A stretch of DNA of 64,000 bases from Xylographa opegraphella. Lineage: Eukaryota. Of the stretch, positions 51,215-62,211 are shown piece after piece. Each line of letters begins with the position of its first letter. The stretch's first letter is position 1. The translations under genes and the position numbers were made by a program. Under the pieces are notes generated by a model that was not told the origin of the DNA, did not search any database, and worked only from the letters and a program-made list of their open reading frames with translations. The stretch covers positions 1 through 64,000 of the forward strand of contig JALDZX010000014.1 of assembly GCA_022813865.1 (NCBI GenBank), written 5' to 3'.

Positions 51215-52110
51215 CTAGTGCGACATTATAAGCTTAACCACAATTTGCGGGGTAGCCGCGGCATGCTTTCCGTGCCCTATCCCTTTGATGCGAAGCCGAC
51301 AATTGTCATGGCTCTGTGTTGAGAAAGTCATTCCGGAACAATAGGTGGATAGCAGTGACAAATGTGGAAGAACGAAGATGGTTGAGCTTCTAATTGTTTC
51401 AATGGAGAACATTGAAACATCAGCAGCTTTTTGTGGATTATCAATGTCCACAAAGGCTATATTCTCACCGAGATACCTGGGCTTCGATACTATTGGCCAT
51501 ACAAGAAACCCGCCAGTTATGCATGTCCGTGGGAAGGACAGAACACACTCCATTGAACCAAGCGTAAGCACCCAAATAGAAAATATAGCAGAAAATCCAG
51601 ATGTAGCGAAAGAGTGAAACAATACACATCCACGATGGTAGATATGGCTACCCAGTAGTCCCATCAAATTGATAGATATGAATACTTGTAGGTCTTTTCT
51701 CCCCGAAAGGCAATTCGGAAACATCAGTAGTTTGCGAACATGATCCTATGGTTGAGTGATCAATTCTCAGTATATGGGAAAGCCACTTCGGTAGGCTCAG
51801 CAGGCCAGGAGGGTATCATTACCATACCCTCGCACTTGACTCAATACTCCGAATGTAGACGAAGGCACATCAGTGTGGTATTGCAAGAATGAAAGTTTTC
51901 CTCAAATTGGAAAGTCGTTTCTCTCCCAGCGCTAGTACTAAAGAGGCGAGCCTCAGGGACCGACGCTAGACTAGTGAGATTTCACGACTTGATGACGGGA
52001 ATCTCCCAGAGATCAACCTCACGCAGGTTCACCGTTTCCATAATGCAAAGCTCTATCTTGGACGACCCAAGCTGAAGGAAGTCTCTCACAGTTTCTGTCT
52101 GTTAGCAAGC
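51215..52110 (-). pseudogene. Possible cytochrome P450 relic
   Basis: FSTQSHDN..GHGKHAAA..VKLIMSH* resembles a fungal P450 heme loop (F.T.S.DN..FGHGKHACPG..KLI..H) without the Cys. An ETVR (ExxR-like) motif lies near 52090. There is no continuous ORF. Confidence 0.3.
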
Positions 52111-54342
52111 CTGACGTCTTGTACGCAGTTGCAAACCTTCTCGTAAGGTACTGGAGCTATATCATTGGCTTGGTTTCCGTGGTACACTTGAAGCGAAACC
52201 TGCTTGACGAATACTCAGCTACTTCAATTTTCCATGTCTGCCTCTGATCTTGGAGATTTGAGGACTGATAGATAGTGTTGGAAACTACGCGATGCGGCGA
52301 TTTTCAGGTTACAGGGCACTTACGTAGTATGCTCACAGGAATGGGCCTGTAATAGCGTCGTCGTGGGAGTGCCGAAATGACGCTCCAACGTATCAATGCC
52401 AGGTTGACGCTTAGAAGACGACTGTGTGAGATCCGCGAGTAAGGAGATACAGAGCGACGGTAGGAGAAGAATCCGAAAATTACGAAAATTGTAAGCTTGG
52501 TTTGTTGCAACCGCTTATTGAGATGTTTCGAGCGCTTTCAAATCACCTGAAAGCAGAAGTCTTCTGTAGGAGGAGACTCTAGTGATTCGTCTTTAGTGGT
52601 CGCTCTATCTTTGCTGCCATACAGTTCTATCCATATTAACGATAATGTCGTTCCACCTATTGCCGTGTTTCTTTTTATATCCATTGCTCATTATATCTCG
52701 TGTTCCTCCCAACTTTCATTCTTGTACCGACTAGAATATACATGTCTCCTCCGCAAGTGCCTCTATTTCTCTATCGCAATGAGTCAGATATATCTTTATA
52801 CTTTGTATCAGAATTGGAGCTGTCTTCTTGGACCAGAAGTGCAGCAATCGGGTCCTTGTCAACCTCCTTTGAATATTAGATCGCTCCAGGCGGATATACT
52901 TCGACGCGTTAGGTGTTCTGAATCATTCAGGAGTAGGGTGGCATGTTCACCTTAAAATGCGAAATCACAACGAGTTTCGATCGCGTCTTTCTCAATATCG
53001 TAACCGCAAGCGCCAACCTGATCCATCAGTACGTCCTGATCCCGAGGCTGGTCCACTTCAATTAAAACCTTTCGATGCGTCCGAACAGCCTATCTTCGCG
53101 AAAGGCTTCGTATTTTTAAGTCTGCCACCCTTCTCTGCTCAACTTCAAATTTCGCGTACGAGCTTCTTTACTCTACCAGCCCTACACACCAAATCAAGAA
53201 CCATGCACCGACTGGTCAAATACGACAGGGCATCCTTACCCTGCGCGACAACCCCCTTTGCCGGACATATATTGTTCTAACCAATATCCTCATACTTCGG
53301 AACAACCTCCCCCAGCCCAGCGCCTTCTCTTCAAGGAAACACTGCACTTCTCAAAACTCCTCCCCATCCGGCGCCTCCCCATGTCCCATTCTTTACGATC
53401 GGCCGGCTCAATCGAGCCCCTGCCGACGCAGGCTGAGATAGCGGCCTTCCGCGAGGCGATGCTACGCGTACCGAGGAATGAGCAGGAGCAAAGGGAGCGG
53501 GATGCGCTTCTGGAGGCCGAGCTTGATAAAGTGGAGTGAGTTGAGAGTCAGCGAAGAGTGAGAGTGAGTGGGGTAGGGTTGGCTATCAGGGGTTGAGTAG
53601 AATGTAAGAGCCATTGGTTTGGAGAGTATTGTGCTAGAGATGTTGTTCAATGCAGCAAAGGATAGGATCTCCATGTGTGAAGGGTTTGTGCATCAGAATT
53701 TGACTGTAATCTGGGCGGGGGGGAATCCACTTTAACACTCTCGCTCTCGCTCTGGCAAATTGATCATACCTGGCTACGAAGATGACGAGACAACCCGTCG
53801 CAGAAATGAACCGTAAGCTTTGTGTAGGAGTGGAATCAGTGATGGAATCTATATTTCTTAAGGTAACGTGCGACAAAGATGATATATCTGCGGCAACCCG
53901 GCTTCTGTCACGCAAGGCACCCAGGAAAGAAGGAAAATAGGCACACCCAGTGTCTATCAATGCGATGAACCCCTTGGCCTCTTTTCTTCGTTTCCAGGAT
54001 GTTTACGAGTGCCTTACTACTACCCAACAGACTTCATGGAGTTGTAAACGCAGGCCCATTTTCTATAAGAATAACCTTCATGCACGCCCGGTTCCGCCGC
54101 GCCGATTGTTAGCAGTGATTGCGCTATGCCTCGCGATATTTTGTGATTCCAAATGATCGTCTGTTTAGTCCATCTAATGATGGCTCTAGTCTTGAGGGAT
54201 TCGTAAACATTTCTCAGCCCCAACCAAGTCACAATCTCCCCCGCACCTATACAAAAGCCACACCCTCCTCAATTCTCAACTCATCCCCTCCAAAACCCAA
54301 CATCCCCCACTGAAACAACTCTCTCGGCCCTCAAAACCCACC

Positions 54343-55398
54343 ATGCCCTACCCTTCCCTCCCCTCCTCCCCCACCCTCACCTACCTCGCCGAAGGCGCCG
54401 CCAACATTATCTACCGCCTCACCCCCCCACCCACCACCCCGCCTCTCTCCTCCTCCAGCCCGAACTACAGCTCCACCACGCCCCCACCCACCGAGATCGA
54501 ACCCCCCCTCCCCACCCCCCACCAGCCGGCCCACCTCTTCCGCCTGCGCAAAGACCTCCCGACCACGACGCCCATCCCCGCCGCGCAGACGCACTACGAA
54601 TCCCTCATCAGCCCGCACTTCGCAGCCTCGAACTTAGTCGCTCAGACCCTCGTCGCGCTGCCGCCCGGGCTAGTGCGCTCGTGCAACGATGCGCTGCGTG
54701 CGATGGAGGCGGTTGGTGCGCGGGATGTGCGGCGGAGGGGGTTGTGGTTGGATGAGGGGGCGGGTGTGGGCTTGTTGGTGGAGGATATGACGGCCGAGGG
54801 GTGGCTGGGGGAGGGGGGGGTGGTTTGCTTGGAAGTTAAGCCGAAGTGGTTGGCGCAGAGTCCTGGGGCGCCGAGGGGGGCGAGGAGGTGTCGGACTTGT
54901 GCGTTGGGGGCGATGAGGAGGGGGGAGGAGGGGGTGAGGGGGAGGGGATGGTGTCCGTTGGGGTTGGTGGCGGGGGAGAGGGGGTTGGTGGAGAGGGCTG
55001 TGGAGGGGGTGGTTGCGGACAGTGGGGAGGGGGCCCCGAGGGTAGGGGAGAGAGTAAGAGGGAGGATTGTGGATTTCCTGATGGAGGATGGCTTGCTTGG
55101 GAGGTTGAGGGATCTGCAGCTGAGATTCGATCCGAAGGGGGTGATGGAGGGGGATGTGGAGGGGGAGGCGTTCAGGATGGCGATGACGCTGAGGGATTGT
55201 ACGCTGTTTCTGCGGATACCGAGCAGTGGGGCCGGGGCGGTGGAGGCGAAGCTGGGGGATATGGATCTGAAGAGTGCTGCGAAGGCCGACTACTGGAGGC
55301 GGTTGGAGGAGCGGCTGATCAAAGAGGATTGGTACGCGGTGGAGGAGTGGGATGGAGAAGCTGAAGAGACGGTATGTTTGTTGGGTAGGAAGGCCTAA
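54343..55398 (+). CDS. IPK1: Inositol-pentakisphosphate 2-kinase
   Basis: YLAEGAANIIY, FRLRK, LEVKPKWLAQSP, RCRTCAL, WCPL, AMTLRDCTLF, LGDMDLK. Intronless. Confidence 0.92.
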   Translation: MPYPSLPSSPTLTYLAEGAANIIYRLTPPPTTPPLSSSSPNYSSTTPPPTEIEPPLPTPHQPAHLFRLRKDLPTTTPIPAAQTHYESLISPHFAASNLVAQTLVALPPGLVRSCNDALRAMEAVGARDVRRRGLWLDEGAGVGLLVEDMTAEGWLGEGGVVCLEVKPKWLAQSPGAPRGARRCRTCALGAMRRGEEGVRGRGWCPLGLVAGERGLVERAVEGVVADSGEGAPRVGERVRGRIVDFLMEDGLLGRLRDLQLRFDPKGVMEGDVEGEAFRMAMTLRDCTLFLRIPSSGAGAVEAKLGDMDLKSAAKADYWRRLEERLIKEDWYAVEEWDGEAEETVCLLGRKA

Positions 55399-55609
55399 GA
55401 AGGGCGGATTACATGCGGAGGTGCTTCCAGCCAGGGTACCTACGGATTAGCATGCGTGTCGGGACTTGTAAAACGTCTATCTACATCTACGCACTGCATG
55501 AATCTCAGCTTGCCTACTGACCCCATGATTCCCGCCAAGTGGTATCTGCCGGAAAACCCTACCTGCTCACCACCCTCTCCCCACGCCCCTGAACGCCGCA
55601 CACCACCGC

Positions 55610-56197
55610 CTAATCCCTCTTCACCTCAAACATCGTCTCCACCAAGCCCTGAAACCCCTCATCCTCCACCGCGACCAACCCCTCATTAATCCTCTCCAGC
55701 ACCGCTTCCTCCAGGCTCTCTCCACGGGTATACACGTCAATGCCGGCAGGACTGAAGATACTCTTCGCGAAATACGTAACCACCCACTCCCTCTCCCCAC
55801 CAGCATCCGCCGCCCCGCCCACGCCCCCGTCCAGCGTGCCCCACCCCAGCACCTCCCACCGACTGCTCGCGATCTTCAGCCAGCCCTTGCCCCTCCACTC
55901 CCACGCGCCGTGCCCGTCCTTGCTGCAGGTGTCGACGCCGGCGATGGCTTTGCGCTTGTCCGAGCCGAGCGCCTGGTAGGCGACCAGGTCGTCGAGCTGC
56001 GGCTGACCGTTGACGAGCGTGGGCAGGGGCGTGTAGGTGATGGTGACGTTGCGGGCCGTCTTCCACATCGGGAGGGTGGAGTGCGTGACGTGCCAGGTGC
56101 CGGCGAGGAAGGAGGGAGGCGGGAGGGTGAAGGTCGGTGGGGGGGAGGTATGGGAGGAGAGGGAGGGGGCGCGGATCGTTATAGGTGGGGAGGACAT
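55610..56197 (-). CDS. Conserved hypothetical protein, lipocalin-like
   Basis: FLAGTWHVTHSTLPMWK (GxW motif), WEWRGKGWLKIASSRWEVLG, WVVTYFAKSIFSPAGIDVYTR. Confidence 0.7.
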   Translation of the reverse strand: MSSPPITIRAPSLSSHTSPPPTFTLPPPSFLAGTWHVTHSTLPMWKTARNVTITYTPLPTLVNGQPQLDDLVAYQALGSDKRKAIAGVDTCSKDGHGAWEWRGKGWLKIASSRWEVLGWGTLDGGVGGAADAGGEREWVVTYFAKSIFSPAGIDVYTRGESLEEAVLERINEGLVAVEDEGFQGLVETMFEVKRD

Positions 56198-57186
56198 GGC
56201 TGGTGGTGTTGGCGAGCAGGGAGATGGAAGGAGGGAGGTTGAGGGATTGCTTGATTGGGGATGGCGGCTCGCTTAGATTCGTGGTATGAGAACGGTTGGA
56301 GTTACACTAGACTATTCCTCTCCTATCCTACCTTATGTGACCTGCTCCCGAAGTCCTTTTAGTAAGGTAATGTGAGAGTACGAAGAGTAACTTTTGTCTC
56401 AAATAGTCAAGCGTTCTCGGAATACAAGCAGTAGCTATATAGATCGCATTCCAGATCCCTGGAGAAATATGAATACATTTGTTTTCAAACCTTTCAAAAT
56501 TGGGCTATGATATAGATACGCAATATCCACATCATTTCGCAGGAAGGGCATTCTTGAGTTTGAGAAGCTTATAATGTGTTCCTGTATCCGCCAGACAAAG
56601 CAGCTCAGAGGTTCATTAACTATGATGATATTTGCTCTCTTATCATACCAAGCAGTCCTTCTCTCAATTCCCATCTAGTCAGTCAGTCAGGGCAAAGCGT
56701 GCATGACGATTTTAGAATCTCGTAGGCTGTATAAATAGCTTACGAGAAGTCGAATGAGCCAATGCCAAGTATCATCGAGCTTCAGGCCCGGCTACAATTA
56801 GCGGAGAGCTTAAAGTCTTTGCCACCGCTTTTCGTCAGTGGATAGGAACCGCGGGATAAATAGTAAAGAGTGACGGACCGTAGCGAAGGTCGAAAGTAAC
56901 ATATATGTCCAGATGTGACCTGGATAGATGGTTTGCTTGAAGGTATTGCTGGCCAGGAAAAGCTAAAAGATAGCGAAGGTGATTTCAGTGGTTGATACCA
57001 AAAACAAGCTTGATGTGGAAGCTTGTCTACTTCCTCAAGATAGCAGGGTTAGAGGCTTCATCCCGCGGGTCAAACACGTCTCCTAGAGAGGCAAATATAT
57101 GACACGTCGTTGCCGTTTTATTCAAAAGTCCATGGGAAGCGCCAGTCCTTGATCCAGTAAGTCTAACTCGGTACACCAGGCACCTT

Positions 57187-58878
57187 TTAGCGTGGCTCAA
57201 ACGGCACACGATGCCATGCTGTTGCCAGATTTCCGCGCATATTGTATATTGGTCCGTAAGTCTCCGGTTGACAATTGTATGCTTCATCGACAGCTTTCAC
57301 CACTACTATCGATCCGATGCTCCCTTTCGGCGCTGTATACCTCCACCGTTTCCAACTCCAATCTTTGCTCCCAGATATGGCATGGCGCTCTATCTCGGCT
57401 TGGTCCCAAGTCTTTCCATCATCCGTGCTGACGTCGACTCGCACGATCGAGCGACCGCCTCCAGAGATTGCATAGCCCTCGATGACAACTTTGGCTTCGC
57501 GATCATTCGACCCCGACAATTCGCGTAACATCGTGACAGCGGATTGGACCGGCGTTTCCTGGATGGCGGGTGCTCTACTCCAGTCTGGTTTCTTGTCGTC
57601 GTTGGGTCCAAAGCATTTGTAGTCACTCCTCTGCCACTGAGAAGTGGATTCTTCGTCTGAAATTATGACTCGATTGACCCATTTGACGCTTCGTGCGGCT
57701 ACGTGCCCAGGTACGATAACTCGGACAGGAAATCCGTGGTCAGGTGGAAGGTCTTGTCCATTCATCGAACAGGCGAGAAGAACATCGCCATGAGGATCAA
57801 TGGCCTTTATTAACGAAATAGATGCTCCGTACGATTCAGCACCTACAAACTGTGCATGTTTCGCGTCTTCTGGTGGATTATCAACAGGCATGCCAGCATC
57901 AGCGAGAACCTCTCGAAGAAGTGGGCCGGTCCATTCTGCATTTCCGATTGCACCTTGTTCCCATGACAATCCAGTCGTTGGGCGGGCGCCATCAGACATG
58001 TGCTTGCGTCGATTACCAGAACACTGTAATGTGGATGTAATCTTAAATTGTTTGAATTTGGTTTTCAGATCATCCAGAGTGTACGTTTTCTCTTCTCCAT
58101 CCAAAAGTTCAACAACGAGTGTGTAGGATTTCTTATCTAGCTGTGGAACCCACAAATGGTTCCTTACATAGAAGAGCTGGTTAGGCGTCACAAAAGTAGA
58201 CAGCTCTGAAGCTGGAGTCTCAGCATTGCATGGTTTATCAGTATGGGTTCGCAATCGTGGGTCTCTTATTGGGTCACCCACGAACGGGTCATCGATTGTA
58301 TCCGTACGTACCTTGCCCTCGACTAGATCTTGAGGATCTATTTCACCAATCCGGTATGATTCCAGAATATCGTAGACGTCCTGCTTTTGATGAATCTTGA
58401 AGATTCTCCAATAAGGTTCAATGCTTCCTCCGGCCGCTCGTAGAATAACATTGCCACCAGGATGCCCAGCTATCCAGTCTGTGATGTCGTAGACCGAAGT
58501 ACCACTCGTCACCCACGGTGTTCCAGACTGCTCACCATGCTGCCTCACTTCAGCTAATCGGATAATCCTTGATCCTGTCGATTGAGAAGGCGCTTTGGGA
58601 GCTTGATCTTGTGGAGCTTCTGCGAATACGGTCGACGAACATTGCCACGCTATTGTCAAGAACACTGTTGCCGCAAGACCTACGACAATAACAGGGTTGG
58701 AATGGTTCTTCGTTCCATATGAAAGATAGTAGGGGTCAGATCTTGGCCTGATTGGCGAAGTGATGGTACGAGTAAACAGCGCTGCTGAGCTCACATGATT
58801 TGAACTGCCACTAGGCGCGTTGAGAAGTATCCCCCTAAACGATCGAATAAATCTGGGAGGTCTTATCTTTGCCAGCAT
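57187..58878 (-). CDS. Sulfite oxidase (cytochrome b5 + Moco + dimerisation domains), mitochondrial-type
   Basis: Basic presequence and TM segment, VYDITDWIAGHPGG (b5), FYVRNH, TLQCSGNRR (Mo-ligating Cys), DHGFPVRVIVPGHVAARSVKW, GYAISGGGR and YNMRGNL. Confidence 0.93.
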   Translation of the reverse strand: MLAKIRPPRFIRSFRGILLNAPSGSSNHVSSAALFTRTITSPIRPRSDPYYLSYGTKNHSNPVIVVGLAATVFLTIAWQCSSTVFAEAPQDQAPKAPSQSTGSRIIRLAEVRQHGEQSGTPWVTSGTSVYDITDWIAGHPGGNVILRAAGGSIEPYWRIFKIHQKQDVYDILESYRIGEIDPQDLVEGKVRTDTIDDPFVGDPIRDPRLRTHTDKPCNAETPASELSTFVTPNQLFYVRNHLWVPQLDKKSYTLVVELLDGEEKTYTLDDLKTKFKQFKITSTLQCSGNRRKHMSDGARPTTGLSWEQGAIGNAEWTGPLLREVLADAGMPVDNPPEDAKHAQFVGAESYGASISLIKAIDPHGDVLLACSMNGQDLPPDHGFPVRVIVPGHVAARSVKWVNRVIISDEESTSQWQRSDYKCFGPNDDKKPDWSRAPAIQETPVQSAVTMLRELSGSNDREAKVVIEGYAISGGGRSIVRVDVSTDDGKTWDQAEIERHAISGSKDWSWKRWRYTAPKGSIGSIVVVKAVDEAYNCQPETYGPIYNMRGNLATAWHRVPFEPR

Positions 58879-59744
58879 GATTTGCGCACGCGGAACAAGT
58901 AGCAAGAGATTGAAGTGGTATTTGCATACACGACAACTGAAATGTGCTTTTCATAAGAGAAGAACTGGCTAAGGAATATGTCTTTCCTCAAGAGCTAGCA
59001 ATTCATGGCGATTCACCCTGTGGCACCAGTAACAAACCACGACAGACTGTCAACTTGGGCGCCGTGCTTCTTTGTAACCATCATAGGACAATGTACGGGG
59101 ACGAAGGCAGGCATTCTTTTTGTAGGATACCTTATCATGTGCTTACTCACTAAAGTACCTTACCTTGATATTCACGAGGTCGCGTGGTCTTACTGTGTAC
59201 TAGCATAACCCCTGGCCGGCTAAGTGTGCGTAGTGACTTTGCCGAGCTTGGGTTGATTGCCTAATAAGGATTAACGCACAATATCCGCAGTCCCCGTGTG
59301 GCACGCGACCGCGATCCGGGAAGCAAGCGGCACGCTAGGTCCTAAATCAGCGACAGCACGGGTCGTTCCGTGTCGGGACTTCCTTTCCCGATTTGACAGC
59401 AAACCTTGCTGTAATGGTAAGGAAGTTACCTTAAGGTACGTAGCGGTGAGTGATGAACACAGTCCACATTCTGCTGTGTTGGCCGCCTAAACTACGGAAG
59501 TACCTTATCTACATTAGACATCACGCCAGAGTCATGACAGTGGGAAGCATGCGACCATTCATCTGGACTGATAGCTGTAGCTGGGGACGAGCTACCTTTT
59601 CCTTGAGAGCAATGCTACATTCCCCATCTCTTTCCTGTACTTCTGTTCATTTCAAGGTTGAACGCAGGAGATACGTCTACTATTTTTGATTTTCAAAGTC
59701 GAGTCCGTTTCTCTGGACAAATAACGTTTCCTCTCACTCTCTTC

Positions 59745-60554
59745 ATGTTGCGATCTCTTACATCGCCGCTCCGGCGTCCCTTTGAACGGTTTGGGCTGCA
59801 TTGCAGGACGTATCTTCTGAGCAAGATTGCCAACGACATCTTTCTGGAGGCGGAACTCATGATGCTCGCCTTTGCTACAGGCATCATGGACGTGGTAACC
59901 TTTCCTGATTATCATGTCTTTGCTTCCAACCAGACCGGTAACACTGCGCTTCTTGCCGTTGGTACTCTCCATATTGGGGGAGGAATCATCAGTCTGCGGC
60001 ACATTGGCGTAAGTCTGGGATTCTTCGCCGCTGGAGGCTTCGTCAGCGGGCAACTGGGGAACGTTTTTGGCTGCAAGAGAAGGAGCTGGCTATTTGCCAC
60101 CAACTTGGTTCAGACCGCTTTGGTTTTCGGCGCGGCTGTCTTACATGCGCATACGGACAAGAGCCCGAACGAAGCAACAGATCTCGTCATTATCGGCCTC
60201 CTAGCATTTGCCTCGGGGGCGCAGGTAGCGATGGCGCGGACGGTCCATGTTCCAGAAGTCACGACTGCCATGGTGACATCAGCTTACATTGACTTCTTAG
60301 TCGATCCAAAGATATTGGAGTGGAACAACAGACCTCGCAACCGCCGCCTAGTCTTCGTGTGCTGTATGCTTCTTGGAAGCTTTGTTGGGGCGATTGCATA
60401 CATCTACGTCAATCCGTCTACTGCGATATACCTCTCAGCGCTGGGGAAGCTTCTCGTCTGTATTGCTCTGCTGTTCAACCGTGGAGAGAAATCGCTATTG
60501 GTCGACTGTGGTACAGAGATCCTCCCGTGTCCGGTCGTGATGCTACATCGATGA
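59745..60554 (+). CDS. DUF1275 (YoaK-like) multi-pass membrane protein
   Basis: LAFATGIMDVVTF, VFASNQTGNT, LAFASGAQVA, TTAMVTSAY and RNRR, with about six hydrophobic helices. Confidence 0.85.
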   Translation: MLRSLTSPLRRPFERFGLHCRTYLLSKIANDIFLEAELMMLAFATGIMDVVTFPDYHVFASNQTGNTALLAVGTLHIGGGIISLRHIGVSLGFFAAGGFVSGQLGNVFGCKRRSWLFATNLVQTALVFGAAVLHAHTDKSPNEATDLVIIGLLAFASGAQVAMARTVHVPEVTTAMVTSAYIDFLVDPKILEWNNRPRNRRLVFVCCMLLGSFVGAIAYIYVNPSTAIYLSALGKLLVCIALLFNRGEKSLLVDCGTEILPCPVVMLHR

Positions 60555-60586
60555 ACATACGGAACAATCTTCTCGAAGCTAGGAAA

Positions 60587-60678
60587 ACTCTCTACTCTCT
60601 TTGCATTTCACTATACAGACTGCAAATCGATACTCTCCATTCTCCCCACATTTCACTATACAAATTGCAAATCGATAC
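60587..60678. repeat. 45-bp tandem duplication downstream of the DUF1275 gene
   Basis: CATTTCACTATACAGACTGCAAATCGATAC recurs 45 nt later as CATTTCACTATACAAATTGCAAATCGATAC. Confidence 0.85.
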
Positions 60679-61318
60679 AAATTTCTCTTGAATGCTAGAG
60701 AAGTGCTAGGAGCCTTGCCATAATAGATTGGTCACTGGGATATAAAGGTCCCATTTCGGACTTGCACCTTACGCTCACATCAAACTGGCCTTAGCAAGTG
60801 TCTGCTGAGTCTGGTGCAACATCAGAACCATCAAGCACCGCAAAGTTACGATGAAAGCTTTACAGCTTTGCTACAGGGCAATTCCCTCGAGCTCAAAAAG
60901 TAACAATTACAACGATTGTTGGCCATAGCTCGAATCAACTGTCAAAGTTCGAACTCTCTTATCGCACTCATCACTTAGTAGAAGGCTGAGACGGACAAGA
61001 TATGGTTGTTCGAGAGGCCGCATCGGTCGGTACACCATGGAAGGAACGAGCGCATATAGTAGATCTGGGGGCGAGAGCATAGATATGATCGAAACAATAG
61101 AGGCATCTAGCAAATTCAGAAACCCATAGACGTTTGCCATACCATAACGCTCATTGAAAGCGTAACACCCATGCGAGCGGAACCCATTCGCAAACCCCAA
61201 CTCAAACAAAACCCCAACCCCCCCCCAATCCCATCTCGCCCTCCTCCCACCCCTCTACCCTCATCCACAACCTTCTCCCCACCTTTCCCTCCCACAACAC
61301 ACAAGAACAACAACAACA

Positions 61319-61379
61319 ATGACCCAGTACCCCACCCCTCCCAAATGCGTCGCAGACTTCTGCCTCATCCCCGTACCTT

Positions 61380-61442
<63 letters not shown>

Positions 61443-62211
61443 NNNNNNNNNNNNNNNNNNNNNNNNNNNNNNNNNNNNNNNNNNNNNNNNNNCCCCTGCT
61501 CCTCCGCCCCCCTCTCCCGCTCACTAACCAACCACCCCCCCAATATCCAGATCGGCACCCCCACCGCCTCCGTCTCCGCGCAGATCGCGGACGTGCAGCG
61601 CCTACTACGGCAGAGCGGGCTGTCTTACTCGATGCACTCCGCAGGGACGACCGTCGGTACGTGGTGTCTTGTCTTACTTATACACCCACTATCTATATCC
61701 TGCTGCGTGTTGCACGGAGGCGTGTTTTCGATGGTGGGGAGAGCTTGTTTCGTGTTTACTGTACTTGCTGTCCGCGTTTCTTTCATGGCAAGCTATGCGG
61801 AATGAGAGTGCGGGTTGGTAGCGGCGATGCCATCCCTCCGAATGTTACCCAATGGACAAATCTCCCTCTCCAAACACCCCCCTCCCCACCGAATCCCAGC
61901 TTCCCATCTCACAACACCACCCTAACCCACCACCATCACAGAGGGATCCTGGGACGCCGTCATGGCCGTCATCGGACAGGCGCACACGATGTTGCACGCG
62001 AAGGGGGTGGTGAGGATCCAGACGGATATCAGGGTCGGGTCGCGGTAAGTGCTGCTTTCTCCCTTTGGTGGTTCGTTGATTATGGGGAAGGGGTGTTTGG
62101 GATGGGGGTGGGGGCTGATTGCGGTGTGGTAGGGTTGATAAGGAGCAGAGTTTCGGGGACAAGGTCACGGCGGTGGAGAAGTTGTTAGCGGCGGATGAGG
62201 GGGGGGCGTGA
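61319..62211 (+). CDS. ECM15: Ecm15 / UPF0045 thiamine-binding-fold protein
   Basis: CVADFCLIP|IGTPTASVSAQIADVQR..MHSAGTTV|EGSWDAVMAVIGQAH..RIQTDIRVGSR|VDKEQSFGDKV. Three introns. Confidence 0.9.
61381..61492. other. Poly-C run and assembly gap in ECM15 intron 1
   Basis: 62 C (61381-61442) followed by N (61443-61492). Confidence 0.95.

Noticed and set aside
61381..61442. 62-nt poly-C tract (poly-Pro/poly-Gly ORFs, G4 candidate)
   Set aside because: It is intronic and abuts an N gap, so its length is unreliable and may be a sequencing artefact.
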